Shown here piece by piece: positions 27,261-37,193 of a DNA stretch of 64,000 nt. The stretch's first letter is position 1. The number at the start of each line of letters is the position of its first letter. The notes under the pieces were generated by a model. That model did not search any database. It saw only the letters and a program-made list of their open reading frames with translations, and was not told the origin of the DNA. This DNA is from an uncultured Pirellulales bacterium (lineage in GTDB: Bacteria > Planctomycetota > Phycisphaerae > Sedimentisphaerales > Anaerobacaceae). Location of the stretch: assembly GCA_964513655.1 (NCBI GenBank), contig CAZENQ010000004.1, positions 3,759 through 67,758 on the forward strand, written 5' to 3'. Made by a program: the position numbers and the translations under genes.

Positions 27261-29582
27261 TCAGGATTTTGCATTGTCGTGATTTTTGTCGGGTTGCTCC
27301 ACGGGCAGCAGAAGTATGGTTTTGTTGCCCTTCCTGCGAGTGGTTTTGGCTGCGGTCCGACCAGCGTAGTAACCGTAGGCGTAACGGTTATAGCTGTAGT
27401 TAGCGTGGACGCTATTGAGGACTGTACCCAGCACTCTGACTTTTACCTGGGCCATTCGCTCGAGGGTCTCCTTCAAATCCTGCTCTTCAGTATGGCCGGC
27501 AAAGCTGGTCAGAATGACTCCATCGGCTATCTTTGCCCATAACAGCGCATCAGGGAAGGCCAGCACCGGGGGGGTGTCAATAATCACATGGTCATATTTT
27601 TCGCTGACAGCATTGAGATATTCGCTAATATACGGCTGTGAGAGCATCTCACAGGAAGCGGGGAGATTTTGCGAATCAGCGGTCAGCACATCCAATCCGG
27701 CCAAGGGGGTGGAACGGGTGATATTTTCGAAGCTCTTGCCTAAGAGTACATCCTGCAACCCTACTGAATCTTTAGGGAGATTCAGCAGCCACCGAATATC
27801 AGGTTTTCTCAGGTCACCGTCAATCAACAAGACTTTTTTGCCCGCCTTAGCCAGACTTGTTGCGAGATTAATGGCAAATGTGGTTTTTCCATCGCGAACA
27901 CCGGGACTTGTAATAACCAACTTATTTGGTATTCCGCCCCCGTTGAGCAGGCCCAAGTTGGCGCGAATAGTCTGGTAATCAGTTGCCATCTGCTGAGGCA
28001 GCTTGGGTATGTCAAGGTAATCAGGATTGGTAGTAGTGCCAATTATTCGGACTCCCACTCGTTTGGTGAGATCGGTGGGAGTTCGTATGCTGTGATCGGC
28101 CTTGTCCTTGAGAAAAGCGAGGAACACGCCACACATCAGGGAACCGAGTACGAGAGCGGCAGAATATTTGATGTGTTTGTTTGGAAGTGTGATGCTGCTG
28201 GCATAATAAGCGATGGAGATTCGGGCGGGGCGTTTTCTTTCCATTTCGAGTTCCTGAATGCGTCGCTGCACTGTTTCATAGAGGTCTTTTGTACGATTGA
28301 GCTGGTCCTGCAAGTCCTGCATAGCCAGCTGCTTTCGGCCAAGTCCGATTGTTTCGGCATCCTCTTCAGCGAGCATATTCTTGAGACGCTTTTCATAGGC
28401 AGTGACCTGCTCTAACTCAGCCTTTACGTTTGTTAGCTGTGTTTTGTCGCTCTTGGCCAATTCTTTAACTATCATCTGGTCGAAACTTTGGCCGACTTCC
28501 TGACGCCGTTGTTCAAGACACTGCGCCAACGTTTCTGAAACTTCGGTTCTACGCTGGAGCTCGGGGTTGGTGGGCGCCAAGGTCTGTTTTGCAACAATCA
28601 GAGACTGCTGCATTTCCGCAACATTTGTAGTTAAGGTCTGAACCATGCGGTCGGCATTTATGAAATCGTAGCGCAGTCTCAGCAAATCTTCAGGTCTCAT
28701 GCTTTGTTCTTCGGTTTGTTCGAACAGGTGCACCTGTGCCTCAAGGGCTATTTTTCGCATTTCGATTGTTGTGAGCTCGGCCTGTAGGGCGGCGACTCGC
28801 TGTAGCATAATCTCCTGACGTCCGGTGAGCGCCTGAGTACCGTACTCCTGCGCTATTTCCCGGACGGTCTGGCGTTGTCTTTCGAGCCTTTCGCTCAAGA
28901 CTCTGCGTTCATTTTCCAAGACGGTGAGCTTGCGGTCTCCACCTTTAGCTTCATCGGAGACTACGATAGCCATGTAGGCTCGCACAAAGGCGTTTACTAT
29001 TTGTACCGCTTCTCGGTCATCAGCGTTTTTCATGCTTATCTTTATCAATTCGCTGTTGCGTTCGGGGTTGACGCTCAGGGTTCCGCTGGTTACTGCCGCT
29101 CTCAAGATGATAACGGGATCAGGGGGTGGTTCGGTGTGAGATCTGTTTCTCAGGGCATCAAGAGCATTATTAGTCCTTTCAAAGAACTTCAGGTCTTTGT
29201 CGACGAGTTCATCAGCCACTCTTTGTAGAACTTTATCGCTGGCAATCAGGTCTGCCTGGGTGTTTTTAAAGTTATTGTACATTGGTATTACACCTTCAGA
29301 GTCACTGTCGCTAAATAAGATGCTGGGGATAATGGGCGCGACCCGAATTGCGGCAGTGGCCTGATAGACAGGTTGTGCCAAGTGCCACACGCCTGGTATG
29401 CCGATTGCGCACATCAATAAGAATGTCAACAAGACGATACGCCAGCGCCGAAGTATAGGTACTGCCACCGTCGGGTTGCGGTCGTCTTCGATTCCGACGG
29501 GACCTTCAAAGCGGGCAAGGTTCTGGACCACTTGCTGATCCTGGTACTTGCTTATATTTTCCATTGTGTTACCTTTCGTCAA
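27261..29582 (-). CDS. polysaccharide co-polymerase / tyrosine autokinase (Wzc/GumC/EpsG-like)
   Basis: Wzz-like N-terminal domain with TM helix, then a long coiled coil. Walker A in SPGVRDGKTTFAINLA, followed by LLIDGDLRKPD. Walker B-like VIIDTPPVLAFPDA. C-terminal Tyr cluster NYSYNRYAYGYYAG. Confidence 0.9.
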   Translation of the reverse strand: MTKGNTMENISKYQDQQVVQNLARFEGPVGIEDDRNPTVAVPILRRWRIVLLTFLLMCAIGIPGVWHLAQPVYQATAAIRVAPIIPSILFSDSDSEGVIPMYNNFKNTQADLIASDKVLQRVADELVDKDLKFFERTNNALDALRNRSHTEPPPDPVIILRAAVTSGTLSVNPERNSELIKISMKNADDREAVQIVNAFVRAYMAIVVSDEAKGGDRKLTVLENERRVLSERLERQRQTVREIAQEYGTQALTGRQEIMLQRVAALQAELTTIEMRKIALEAQVHLFEQTEEQSMRPEDLLRLRYDFINADRMVQTLTTNVAEMQQSLIVAKQTLAPTNPELQRRTEVSETLAQCLEQRRQEVGQSFDQMIVKELAKSDKTQLTNVKAELEQVTAYEKRLKNMLAEEDAETIGLGRKQLAMQDLQDQLNRTKDLYETVQRRIQELEMERKRPARISIAYYASSITLPNKHIKYSAALVLGSLMCGVFLAFLKDKADHSIRTPTDLTKRVGVRIIGTTTNPDYLDIPKLPQQMATDYQTIRANLGLLNGGGIPNKLVITSPGVRDGKTTFAINLATSLAKAGKKVLLIDGDLRKPDIRWLLNLPKDSVGLQDVLLGKSFENITRSTPLAGLDVLTADSQNLPASCEMLSQPYISEYLNAVSEKYDHVIIDTPPVLAFPDALLWAKIADGVILTSFAGHTEEQDLKETLERMAQVKVRVLGTVLNSVHANYSYNRYAYGYYAGRTAAKTTRRKGNKTILLLPVEQPDKNHDNAKS

Positions 29583-29586
29583 AAAA

Positions 29587-31581
29587 TTAATTCACAGATT
29601 TTCTAATGATTATTTCTTGTGGTTTTTCTTCAGGAACCGTGGTCAGTTTCATCAGAATCCACAGTTCAATGATTACAACTGCAAGAGCCAAAGGCATCAT
29701 GGCATATCCTCCGAAATCGTGGAATATCCTCTCCCACTTGTCGCCGGAAAGTATTGTAAACGCGATTGCGGTGATTGTTAATCGAACTGCGTTGCACACC
29801 AATGCGATGGGGAAACTGGAGAGCAGCACTATAAGCTTTTCCCACCAGGCTCTCCGGACCAACAGGACCACCAGGCCGTTGATTACGACGAATGCCGTGA
29901 CCATTCTTAATCCGTTGCAAGCCTCGGCTACGGCAACGGTAATATCATTCAAGTGTATGATATTGCCCTCTCTTATGACAGTGTACCCCATGATTTCGAG
30001 ACAGAACACTGCGGATGAGGTGGCCCAGCTCTGTAAGGGCAGCATTATGGCACTGTGGACTGCGCGTGGCAGTGGAAGCATTAGGCCCAGGAAGAGCAAC
30101 ATTGTGATGGTTTTGCGGAAGACCGGCCAGCCAAAAAGGAAAAGCACCAATGCAGCGATACTTAGAACAAGGGACAGTCTTTCGGCTGAACTGTACATAA
30201 AGAACAATCCAAAAAGCCTGAGAGCCTGGGCGGCCACGAAGGCAAACAAACCCCATATGGATGGTCTTATAGGGATTCCAATTATTTTGTGCCGTCTAGA
30301 CCACAGGATATAAAGGGCAAGTAAAGGCACCAGCAAGCCACTGGAGTATTCATCACTTCTTTGCCAGATACTCCAAAGGTCTGCAAGTTGCGGCCAATAA
30401 GACCAGAGAAAAACAGCGGAGAGAATACCTATCGCAAGTCCTTTCAAGACATCTAACGCCACCTTGTCAGACTGAACCTGTCTCGGCAACTTCGCAATCA
30501 TTGCATTGATTACCATTCTTGCGGACGAGTGCGGTCGGCCTGCTCTGATGTCAACTGATGCTACAGATTTGTTTCCGCCGCTCTTGAGATTGGCGGGATG
30601 TACTACGGCTTGATTTGCAACAATATCGTTATTGGGTATTAATGCATCATAATCGACTACACAGCTGCGGACTTCACAGTTCTGTCCGATGGTCGAACGG
30701 TCCCAGAGGACACTGTTTTCTACAAGAGAGTTTTGGCCAATGGTGACACCTCTTCCGACTATGGTTGGCCCAAAAATTATTGTGTTTCTTGATACAGTGG
30801 CACCATCCATAACTACAACGGGCCCATAAATTCGGATGTTCCGAGCGACTTTTGCGCTGTCCGCCAACCAGAGAGCTTTTGCACCATCTTTTTTGCTGCA
30901 AGGGAAGCCTATATTTACATTGTTGGCGTTCTCGAGGTAGTCCGCCGTGGCATCGAGATAGCCGGCGCGGTCGCGAAAGTTTCCAAGAGGTTGAGAGAGG
31001 ACTGCGGCGTGTACAGTTTTGCCAGCCTGTACCATGGCAGGAATCAGGCTTTCCTTGATATCGTAGTAACCATCCGTTGGGATATATTTAAGAACAGCAG
31101 GCTCGCAGACATAAATTTCTGATACACAGCGTATCTGCTCACCGTGCCTGAGGCCCGGGCTGAACATGACTGTAACATCGGCTCTTCCGATCCGGTGAGT
31201 TTTTAAGAGCATATTGAGATCAGGTGGTGAAGTAATTGCGGCAGGCAATACCAGAAGCAACGCGTTCGTATCACCATCAGCAGCATCTCTGATACACCCA
31301 GCCGTACCTACGGGCAGGGGCTCATCCAAGAACTTTAGCCGCATAGAATTAATGCCGGTAATGGACCTCTGCAACAGTGAATCATCCCCATTGGAACAAA
31401 CCACAGCCTCGGTTATTTCTTGGTGCGACAGATACCGGAGTAGGCGCTCCAGTGCTGACCTGTCCCCTATCGGCCACAGTGCCGTGGGCAGGCGTGATGC
31501 CAAAGGACAACGACCGAAATCACGCCCGCCCGCAAGGATGATGGCTTTAATATTTTGTCTATTTTGGAAATGCCTACTCAT
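29587..31581 (-). CDS. exosortase (EpsH/Xrt family) fused to an N-terminal sugar-nucleotidyltransferase-like + left-handed beta-helix module
   Basis: Residues ~10-230 are NTP_transferase-like (IKAIILAGGRDFGRCPLASRLPTALWPIGDRSALERLL). Residues ~240-320 carry hexapeptide repeats (IYGPVVVMDGATVSRNTIIFGPTIVGRGVTIGQNSLVENSVLWDRSTIGQNCEV). Residues ~385-640 are polytopic, with exosortase signatures: SDEYSSGLLVPLLALYILW, the Cys motif VAEACNGLR (Cys555, codon 29917-29919), CNAVRLT and IFHDFGGY. Confidence 0.9.
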   Translation of the reverse strand: MSRHFQNRQNIKAIILAGGRDFGRCPLASRLPTALWPIGDRSALERLLRYLSHQEITEAVVCSNGDDSLLQRSITGINSMRLKFLDEPLPVGTAGCIRDAADGDTNALLLVLPAAITSPPDLNMLLKTHRIGRADVTVMFSPGLRHGEQIRCVSEIYVCEPAVLKYIPTDGYYDIKESLIPAMVQAGKTVHAAVLSQPLGNFRDRAGYLDATADYLENANNVNIGFPCSKKDGAKALWLADSAKVARNIRIYGPVVVMDGATVSRNTIIFGPTIVGRGVTIGQNSLVENSVLWDRSTIGQNCEVRSCVVDYDALIPNNDIVANQAVVHPANLKSGGNKSVASVDIRAGRPHSSARMVINAMIAKLPRQVQSDKVALDVLKGLAIGILSAVFLWSYWPQLADLWSIWQRSDEYSSGLLVPLLALYILWSRRHKIIGIPIRPSIWGLFAFVAAQALRLFGLFFMYSSAERLSLVLSIAALVLFLFGWPVFRKTITMLLFLGLMLPLPRAVHSAIMLPLQSWATSSAVFCLEIMGYTVIREGNIIHLNDITVAVAEACNGLRMVTAFVVINGLVVLLVRRAWWEKLIVLLSSFPIALVCNAVRLTITAIAFTILSGDKWERIFHDFGGYAMMPLALAVVIIELWILMKLTTVPEEKPQEIIIRKSVN

Positions 31582-31583
31582 TG

Positions 31584-32681
31584 TTATTTACGCTGCAAGG
31601 AATTCAATAATATCCGAACAATTCGTTCACAAGCCTTGCCATCCCAGAGCCTTGGTCTGGCATGTAGTTTCGGTGTACTCAAACTCTCTCGATAGCCATT
31701 CAGTATTCCATTCGTATCAGTGCCAACCAAGACATTGGTTCCTTCAGTGATTGTAATCGGCCTTTCCGTATTTTCGCGGACTGTAAGGCACGGTATTCCA
31801 AGAATAGTAGTTTCCTCCTGAATACCACCAGAATCTGTTATGACAAGCTTTGACTCTGACATCAACTTCAGAAAATTCAAATACACCAACGGCTTAATCA
31901 GTAATATATTCGGTAAATGCTCAAGTCTTTCCATCAACCCACTTAATGCCAAGTTCTTAACAGTTCGAGGATGCGCAGAAAAAACAACCGTCATCTCTTT
32001 TTGAATTTCCGCTAATGCATTGACTATTCTAGGTAATGCTTTGTGCTGGTCTACGTTACTGGGTCTATGTAGGGTGACCACCACATATTCCTTGGCTCGT
32101 ACATTTAAATTGTTAAGTATGTCCGAATTAGCGGCCTTCCGTCTGTAAAGTTCAAGCGTATCGATCATAACATTACCAACAAAATGAACTTTTGCTCCGT
32201 CAATGCCTTCGCGCTTTAAGTTGGCTACGCCGCTTGGTTCCGTGACAAATAGAATATCACTGATGGCGTCAGTCAAAATGCGGTTTATCTCCTCAGGCAT
32301 AGTGCGGTCGAAGCTCCTTAAACCTGCTTCAACGTGTATGGTTTTTACGCTCAATTTTGCCGCGACCAGTGCACAAGCAACAGTTGAGTTTACATCGCCA
32401 ACGACCAATACTGCATCAGGGTTGTGTCTTAATACAACAGGCTCGAAGCACTTCATAACTTCAGCAGTCTGCTGGGCGTGTGAACCTGAACCAACCCTGA
32501 GATTGATGTCCGGAGTTGGGATATCAAGTGCCTCGAAGAAAGCACTGCTCATATTCTCAGTGTAGTGTTGGCCCGTGTGAACGAGTATAGATTGAATTTT
32601 TCGTGTTTTCTCGCATGCCCGCAATATACTCGCTATTTTGATGAAATTGGGTCTTGCACCAACAACGTGGATTATTTTCAC
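31584..32681 (-). CDS. wecB: UDP-N-acetylglucosamine 2-epimerase (non-hydrolysing)
   Basis: GTG start. KIIHVVGARPNFIKIASI, HTGQHY, VVGDVNSTVACALVAAK, HVEAGLRSFDRTMPEEINR and TDSGGIQEE are hallmark Epimerase_2 motifs. Confidence 0.95.
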   Translation of the reverse strand: MKIIHVVGARPNFIKIASILRACEKTRKIQSILVHTGQHYTENMSSAFFEALDIPTPDINLRVGSGSHAQQTAEVMKCFEPVVLRHNPDAVLVVGDVNSTVACALVAAKLSVKTIHVEAGLRSFDRTMPEEINRILTDAISDILFVTEPSGVANLKREGIDGAKVHFVGNVMIDTLELYRRKAANSDILNNLNVRAKEYVVVTLHRPSNVDQHKALPRIVNALAEIQKEMTVVFSAHPRTVKNLALSGLMERLEHLPNILLIKPLVYLNFLKLMSESKLVITDSGGIQEETTILGIPCLTVRENTERPITITEGTNVLVGTDTNGILNGYRESLSTPKLHARPRLWDGKACERIVRILLNSLQRK

Positions 32682-32727
32682 AAATGTCTTCCTTTGAGAT
32701 TGAATAATAACTATAATGAAGAGTTAC

Positions 32728-34758
32728 TCATCTTGGTTTTTGGCATCGGGGGCTGGTGTAAGCCAGGATTGCATGGAACAGTCTGCCGAACCTGGCTCGT
32801 ATGATTGCTTGGAGGCTTAATTTTATGAATATCGTATTGGTGATAAGATATCTCCTCCACATCCTGCGTGGTTCCTGAATGACTCTATAAAGCCATTCCA
32901 ATCCGGACTTTTGCATCCAGAAGGGGGCACGTTTGGTTAGGCCCGCGAGGACATCGAAACTGCCCCCGACGCCGTGACACACGGGCACATTGATATAGTT
33001 ATGCCACTTTGCCAAGAAGTTCTCCTTTTTGGGTGTGGGCATCGCTACAAAGAGAATATCCGGCTTGCTTTTTCTTATTTCATCGACGACCGTTTTTTCT
33101 TCGGCTTTGTTGAAGAAGCCGTCTCTGAATCCTGCTATGCGCAGGCCGGGGTAGTTGTTGGACACAGATTTAACGACTTCTGTTACCACACTCCGACTTG
33201 CACCCAGAAAGTAAACACTGCGGTTCTTTGCCGAGGAGCGTTCCAAGAGCCGATACATTACGTCAATTCCAGCGATTCTTTCGGGCAAGGCAGTTCCCAT
33301 TAATCTCGAGAGCCAGACAACTGAGAGGCCGTCGGCGAGTATAAGATGAGCCTGCTTGAGGCTTTGCCTTAATTCGGGATATCTTCGGACATTTACAAAT
33401 TTTGCCGCGTTAACGACACCCAAAAGCAGCGGTTCACAAGACGCCATATGTTTGTCAGCCAAGAGGAGCAGCTGCTCCATAGTAAGTGGACTTACGGGCA
33501 ACCCAAGTATGTCGACTGGCTCTTCTCTGCTGTTTAAGGCTTCAGTGCCAAATGTGCGCATCACCCGGCTCTCACTATTGTGTGTTATAGGCAGTATCTT
33601 GGTTTTGCTGTTGTTCGGGCTCGTGGGTGGTTTTGGCAACCGGCCAGCCCAGGCGTAAAGGACCCATCCGAGATGATAGGGGCGACATTCCCTGTTTAGT
33701 ACGTAACCGAACAAATTTTTGCCGCTCAGCCGATGTGCCGCATCCCACCCAGCAGTGATCAACGCACCACGAACGTACCTGTACATTTTAGGAATCTCAC
33801 GGCGGTGGATATCTCGCCAAATCACGCCTTTTCCTGGTGTAATCATTGTTTCGCTTAGTTCGTTGGATTTGTTGAGCCACATCAATCCCTTCTCGATGTT
33901 AGCGCTATGATTCGTGCCTGCAACCTTGTCGATTGCCAACAAAGCCATTGGTGCCATACTATCCTGGTGAACTGAGAAGACCGGATATTCCTCAGCAACT
34001 GTTCCGGTTTTGACGTTGTAATGCCACCACCACTGCCCTTTTGGTCCTTGTAATCGGCATATCGAATCAGCAGCTGCGGCGGCAGCATTAACACTGCGAG
34101 GTTCATCAAAGTGCCGGCCGTAATTGGCGAGGGCTAATATCGGATACACCTGGTCTGCGAAACAGGCTGTGTAACGTGATATGACTTCTCTAAGACCGCT
34201 TCGATTATGCCGTGCAAATAATCCAGTGTCGTGGCAATGCAAAGCCATAAGTCTGTCACGAGCGTCGTTTAGTACATCGCTTATTTCATCGGTCGCCCGG
34301 TGATGATATTGTAAGAAGCAGATTATTGCCTGCACTACCCAAGCCAGTTCAACTGCATTGCAAGCGTAGCGTAGATGCGACCATTTGTTTGCCAATTTCT
34401 GTGCCAAGACCTTAGAATCATCGACATCACTCTTGACGCCTGCCCAGATGGCCAGTCCGAGGTCTCCTGCGTTATCCACTTCCTGTCTTCTTGACCAAAT
34501 GTATTGCCAGAGGTCAGGCAGTGGCGATTCATTGTTGGGATAGAACTTCAGCCGATTTTTTATTCCTATTTGCACCATAGTTATGTAACGCAAATTCCAA
34601 GGCATATTTAAGCGCAAATTGTCGTTATCAGCCGTGAGACCTCGTCCAAGGAGATCGATGTTAGAATAACAATCATCCAAGCCCTTTTCGGCAGTAGCGC
34701 ATAATAGTTCAACAGTTTGCCAGCTTTTCGGACTTAATTTCGATAAATTGCTACTCAT
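32728..34758 (-). CDS. WecB/TagA/CpsF-family (GT26) glycosyltransferase fused to a ~370-aa N-terminal alpha-helical (alpha/alpha-toroid-like) domain
   Basis: The C-terminal ~260 aa read VDILGLPVSPLT...VNAAKFV...ILADGLSVVWLSR...VYFLGAS...RIAGFRDGFF...KPDILFVAMPTPKKE...VCHGVGGSFDVLAG...RAPFWMQKSGLEWLYRVIQEPRRMWRRY. The N-terminal domain is helical, with LQGPKGQWWWHYN and WVVQAIICFLQ-type repeats. Confidence 0.85.
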   Translation of the reverse strand: MSSNLSKLSPKSWQTVELLCATAEKGLDDCYSNIDLLGRGLTADNDNLRLNMPWNLRYITMVQIGIKNRLKFYPNNESPLPDLWQYIWSRRQEVDNAGDLGLAIWAGVKSDVDDSKVLAQKLANKWSHLRYACNAVELAWVVQAIICFLQYHHRATDEISDVLNDARDRLMALHCHDTGLFARHNRSGLREVISRYTACFADQVYPILALANYGRHFDEPRSVNAAAAAADSICRLQGPKGQWWWHYNVKTGTVAEEYPVFSVHQDSMAPMALLAIDKVAGTNHSANIEKGLMWLNKSNELSETMITPGKGVIWRDIHRREIPKMYRYVRGALITAGWDAAHRLSGKNLFGYVLNRECRPYHLGWVLYAWAGRLPKPPTSPNNSKTKILPITHNSESRVMRTFGTEALNSREEPVDILGLPVSPLTMEQLLLLADKHMASCEPLLLGVVNAAKFVNVRRYPELRQSLKQAHLILADGLSVVWLSRLMGTALPERIAGIDVMYRLLERSSAKNRSVYFLGASRSVVTEVVKSVSNNYPGLRIAGFRDGFFNKAEEKTVVDEIRKSKPDILFVAMPTPKKENFLAKWHNYINVPVCHGVGGSFDVLAGLTKRAPFWMQKSGLEWLYRVIQEPRRMWRRYLITNTIFIKLSLQAIIRARFGRLFHAILAYTSPRCQKPR

Positions 34759-34811
34759 TTTGGGATAAGTGTTCCTTAAATTCAGAGTTGGCCTAAAATT
34801 TTGCCAAGTCC

Positions 34812-35972
34812 TTAATTTATTTCATGCAAGGCAAGGAGAACCTCTTTTGCCTTAGCGTCCCATGTACAGTGACGTACACGTCTTTGCCGGGTTGATACAA
34901 GTTCGGGGTCATTTTCGCGGCAAGCTTTTCTGACGGCCTGAGCGAAGGAACCGGAATCAGATGCCACTTCAATGAGGCCTTTGTATTTATTGAGTTCATC
35001 GAACGGCGTTGAAACAATTGGCTTGCCCAGTGCCAGGTATTCCTTTAATTTAACGGGATTACAGGCGGCTATCCATTCGTTCTGCTGCCACGGCATAAAG
35101 CAAACATCGAAGCACTTGGCATAGTGCGGTATCTGCTCGTAAGGTTTTTGGCTTAACAAATATACATTCTTTCGAGAGGTTAGGGCGGACAAATCAACAG
35201 AAGAATTGCCAATCAGTACGATAGAAATATCGCTCAGCAAATCAGCAATCTCTTTGATTAAAACTATATTCAACGTATGGTTATCGATTCCGCCATAAAA
35301 TCCGAGTACAGGACGGGGTATTCTTTTCATCTCTCCGGGGACATATGGCTCTTTATGTGCATTTGCGAAGACCTCATAGTCAACCCCGTGGTCAAGATAG
35401 ATGGCCTTCTTGCACTGGAACTGTTCTTGCCTGAAAAGCTCTCGGTTTACGTAAATGACGAGGTCTGCGCGCTCCTTGAGCAACTCGTCATATCGCTTGA
35501 CCTGCTTAACGTCAACACCGGGAAACATCTCGTAACGGTCAGATCTTTGATAAACAAGTTTGGTATAAGGTAATTTTACTGCGGCTTCGGCCGCCCCTGG
35601 ACAGGCCACCCATACTATGGGTTTGCTCATATTAAGCCTGTTAATACACTGCCGAATTTGTAGCCTTAACGCGATTTGGTTAAGTTCTCGGGCAATACTG
35701 ATGTGATGAACCGGCATACTGAATGGGCTATAAACTGTCATATTCTCAATCCCGGAAGGCTTCATACCTCGTGCAATACTACATAATTTGCGTTTCACGC
35801 GTTGGAGAAACATTGTACCTTCCTGAATATTGAACTTGCGCACCACGATAGAGTTTACATATAGAACATTACCGAGTTTCGCATACCGTTTCATCAACTG
35901 GATATCCATATGACCATGATTGTGATACCACCAATCATTATCGCCAAAACAAACGATATTAATCCTCTTCAT
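34812..35972 (-). CDS. glycosyltransferase, GT4/GT1-fold
   Basis: The ORF track gives 34812..36023 (GTG). The ATG at 35972 (MKRINIVCFGDNDWWYHNHGH) is the more typical N-terminus. The C-terminal half, GFYGGID...IVLIGN...NVYLLSQKPYEQIPHY...FMPW...NPVKLKEYLALGKPIVST, is a GT-B retaining-transferase-like motif. Confidence 0.8.
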   Translation of the reverse strand: MKRINIVCFGDNDWWYHNHGHMDIQLMKRYAKLGNVLYVNSIVVRKFNIQEGTMFLQRVKRKLCSIARGMKPSGIENMTVYSPFSMPVHHISIARELNQIALRLQIRQCINRLNMSKPIVWVACPGAAEAAVKLPYTKLVYQRSDRYEMFPGVDVKQVKRYDELLKERADLVIYVNRELFRQEQFQCKKAIYLDHGVDYEVFANAHKEPYVPGEMKRIPRPVLGFYGGIDNHTLNIVLIKEIADLLSDISIVLIGNSSVDLSALTSRKNVYLLSQKPYEQIPHYAKCFDVCFMPWQQNEWIAACNPVKLKEYLALGKPIVSTPFDELNKYKGLIEVASDSGSFAQAVRKACRENDPELVSTRQRRVRHCTWDAKAKEVLLALHEIN

Positions 35973-36136
35973 TGTTTTCGATATCATTTTCTCTCGCACA
36001 TGACACGCGCTTCGATCGCTCACATAAAATATTCTTGTGTGGTCAAAATAAAGTTCTTTTTGTCATCGTGACGACTGAACCCAGTTTGCAACGCGTGTGT
36101 TCGTTTTTGGATTGGAAGCACCTGGTCCACGATGAT

Positions 36137-37087
36137 CTACTCCGGCACAACTCCCGTGAAATGGAATCGCAGAGCTGCCAGCAATGCAGCACTTTGTCGT
36201 TCGGCTCTTTCACCCATCGTTCCCAAGCAACGAGCCACAAGCCAAAACCCAATTCTGGGCAGCGACGAAACCAAAAACACGGTGTTGGCCAAGTGCCACA
36301 CTGAAGCTCCGTGCCACTTCTCTAAATATAATAAGATACTCTTTCGCTGCCAAACATACATTTTGGTCCAGCACTGGGATGTACTCTGGCTGCTAAGATG
36401 GACAATCTTCGCCGTTGGTGTGAAAGTTATCTTCCATCCCGCTTGTGCAAACCGGTAGCACCAGTCAGCTTCTTCTGCATAAATAAAGTACCGCTCATCT
36501 ATCAGGCCAATTTGCTCAATTGCCTCGCGCCGAACCAACATACAAGAGCCGGTTACAACATCTACATCACGAATGGAATCCCGTTCCCACCATGTCATGA
36601 ACTCTCGACCAAAGAAACGGTTTCTTGGGAAGAGCTTATTAAGGTAGAACGCAGACAATAGAACGTTTAGTAAGCTCGGATATCTGAAGCAAGTACGCTC
36701 GAGGCTCCCATCGGGGTTAACTACCCGGCAGCCGATGACGGCGGAGTCTGGACGTGTTTTGGCGAAAGCAAGAAGTTTGGCCAGCGTCTGGGGAGGGACG
36801 ACCGTATCAGGATTGAGCAGCAATATAAAACGACCCTCCGCAAGGCGTATGCCCTGGTTACAGGCTGCGGCGAAGCCACGATTTTGCGGGTTGCAGATAA
36901 GCTGGACCTGCGGAAACTCTGTTGCAACCATCTCTGTCGAGCCATCTTCCGATGCATTGTCCACAACAATAATCTGTATCGGCGGCACACCATCTTGCGA
37001 CTGAACGGAACGCAAGCATTCACGAAGTGAATCTCGTGTGCGCCAGTTTACAATCACTATTGAAATATCCATATCTGAACTGAGCAA
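36137..37087 (-). CDS. glycosyltransferase family 2
   Basis: ISIVIVNWRTRDSLRECLRSV...IIVVDNASEDGS...NRGFAAACNQG...LLLNPD...GSCMLVRREA is a classic GT2 (GT-A, DxD) layout. Confidence 0.9.
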   Translation of the reverse strand: MLSSDMDISIVIVNWRTRDSLRECLRSVQSQDGVPPIQIIVVDNASEDGSTEMVATEFPQVQLICNPQNRGFAAACNQGIRLAEGRFILLLNPDTVVPPQTLAKLLAFAKTRPDSAVIGCRVVNPDGSLERTCFRYPSLLNVLLSAFYLNKLFPRNRFFGREFMTWWERDSIRDVDVVTGSCMLVRREAIEQIGLIDERYFIYAEEADWCYRFAQAGWKITFTPTAKIVHLSSQSTSQCWTKMYVWQRKSILLYLEKWHGASVWHLANTVFLVSSLPRIGFWLVARCLGTMGERAERQSAALLAALRFHFTGVVPE

Positions 37088-37193
37088 TAGCTGCCTCCAA
37101 GAAGTTATTTACAAATCCGCAACCGCTACCTTCAACAACTCATTTGAGGTGCTCACGTTTGTGATTTCCCCTGAATATTCAAGTGTAAGGTGA

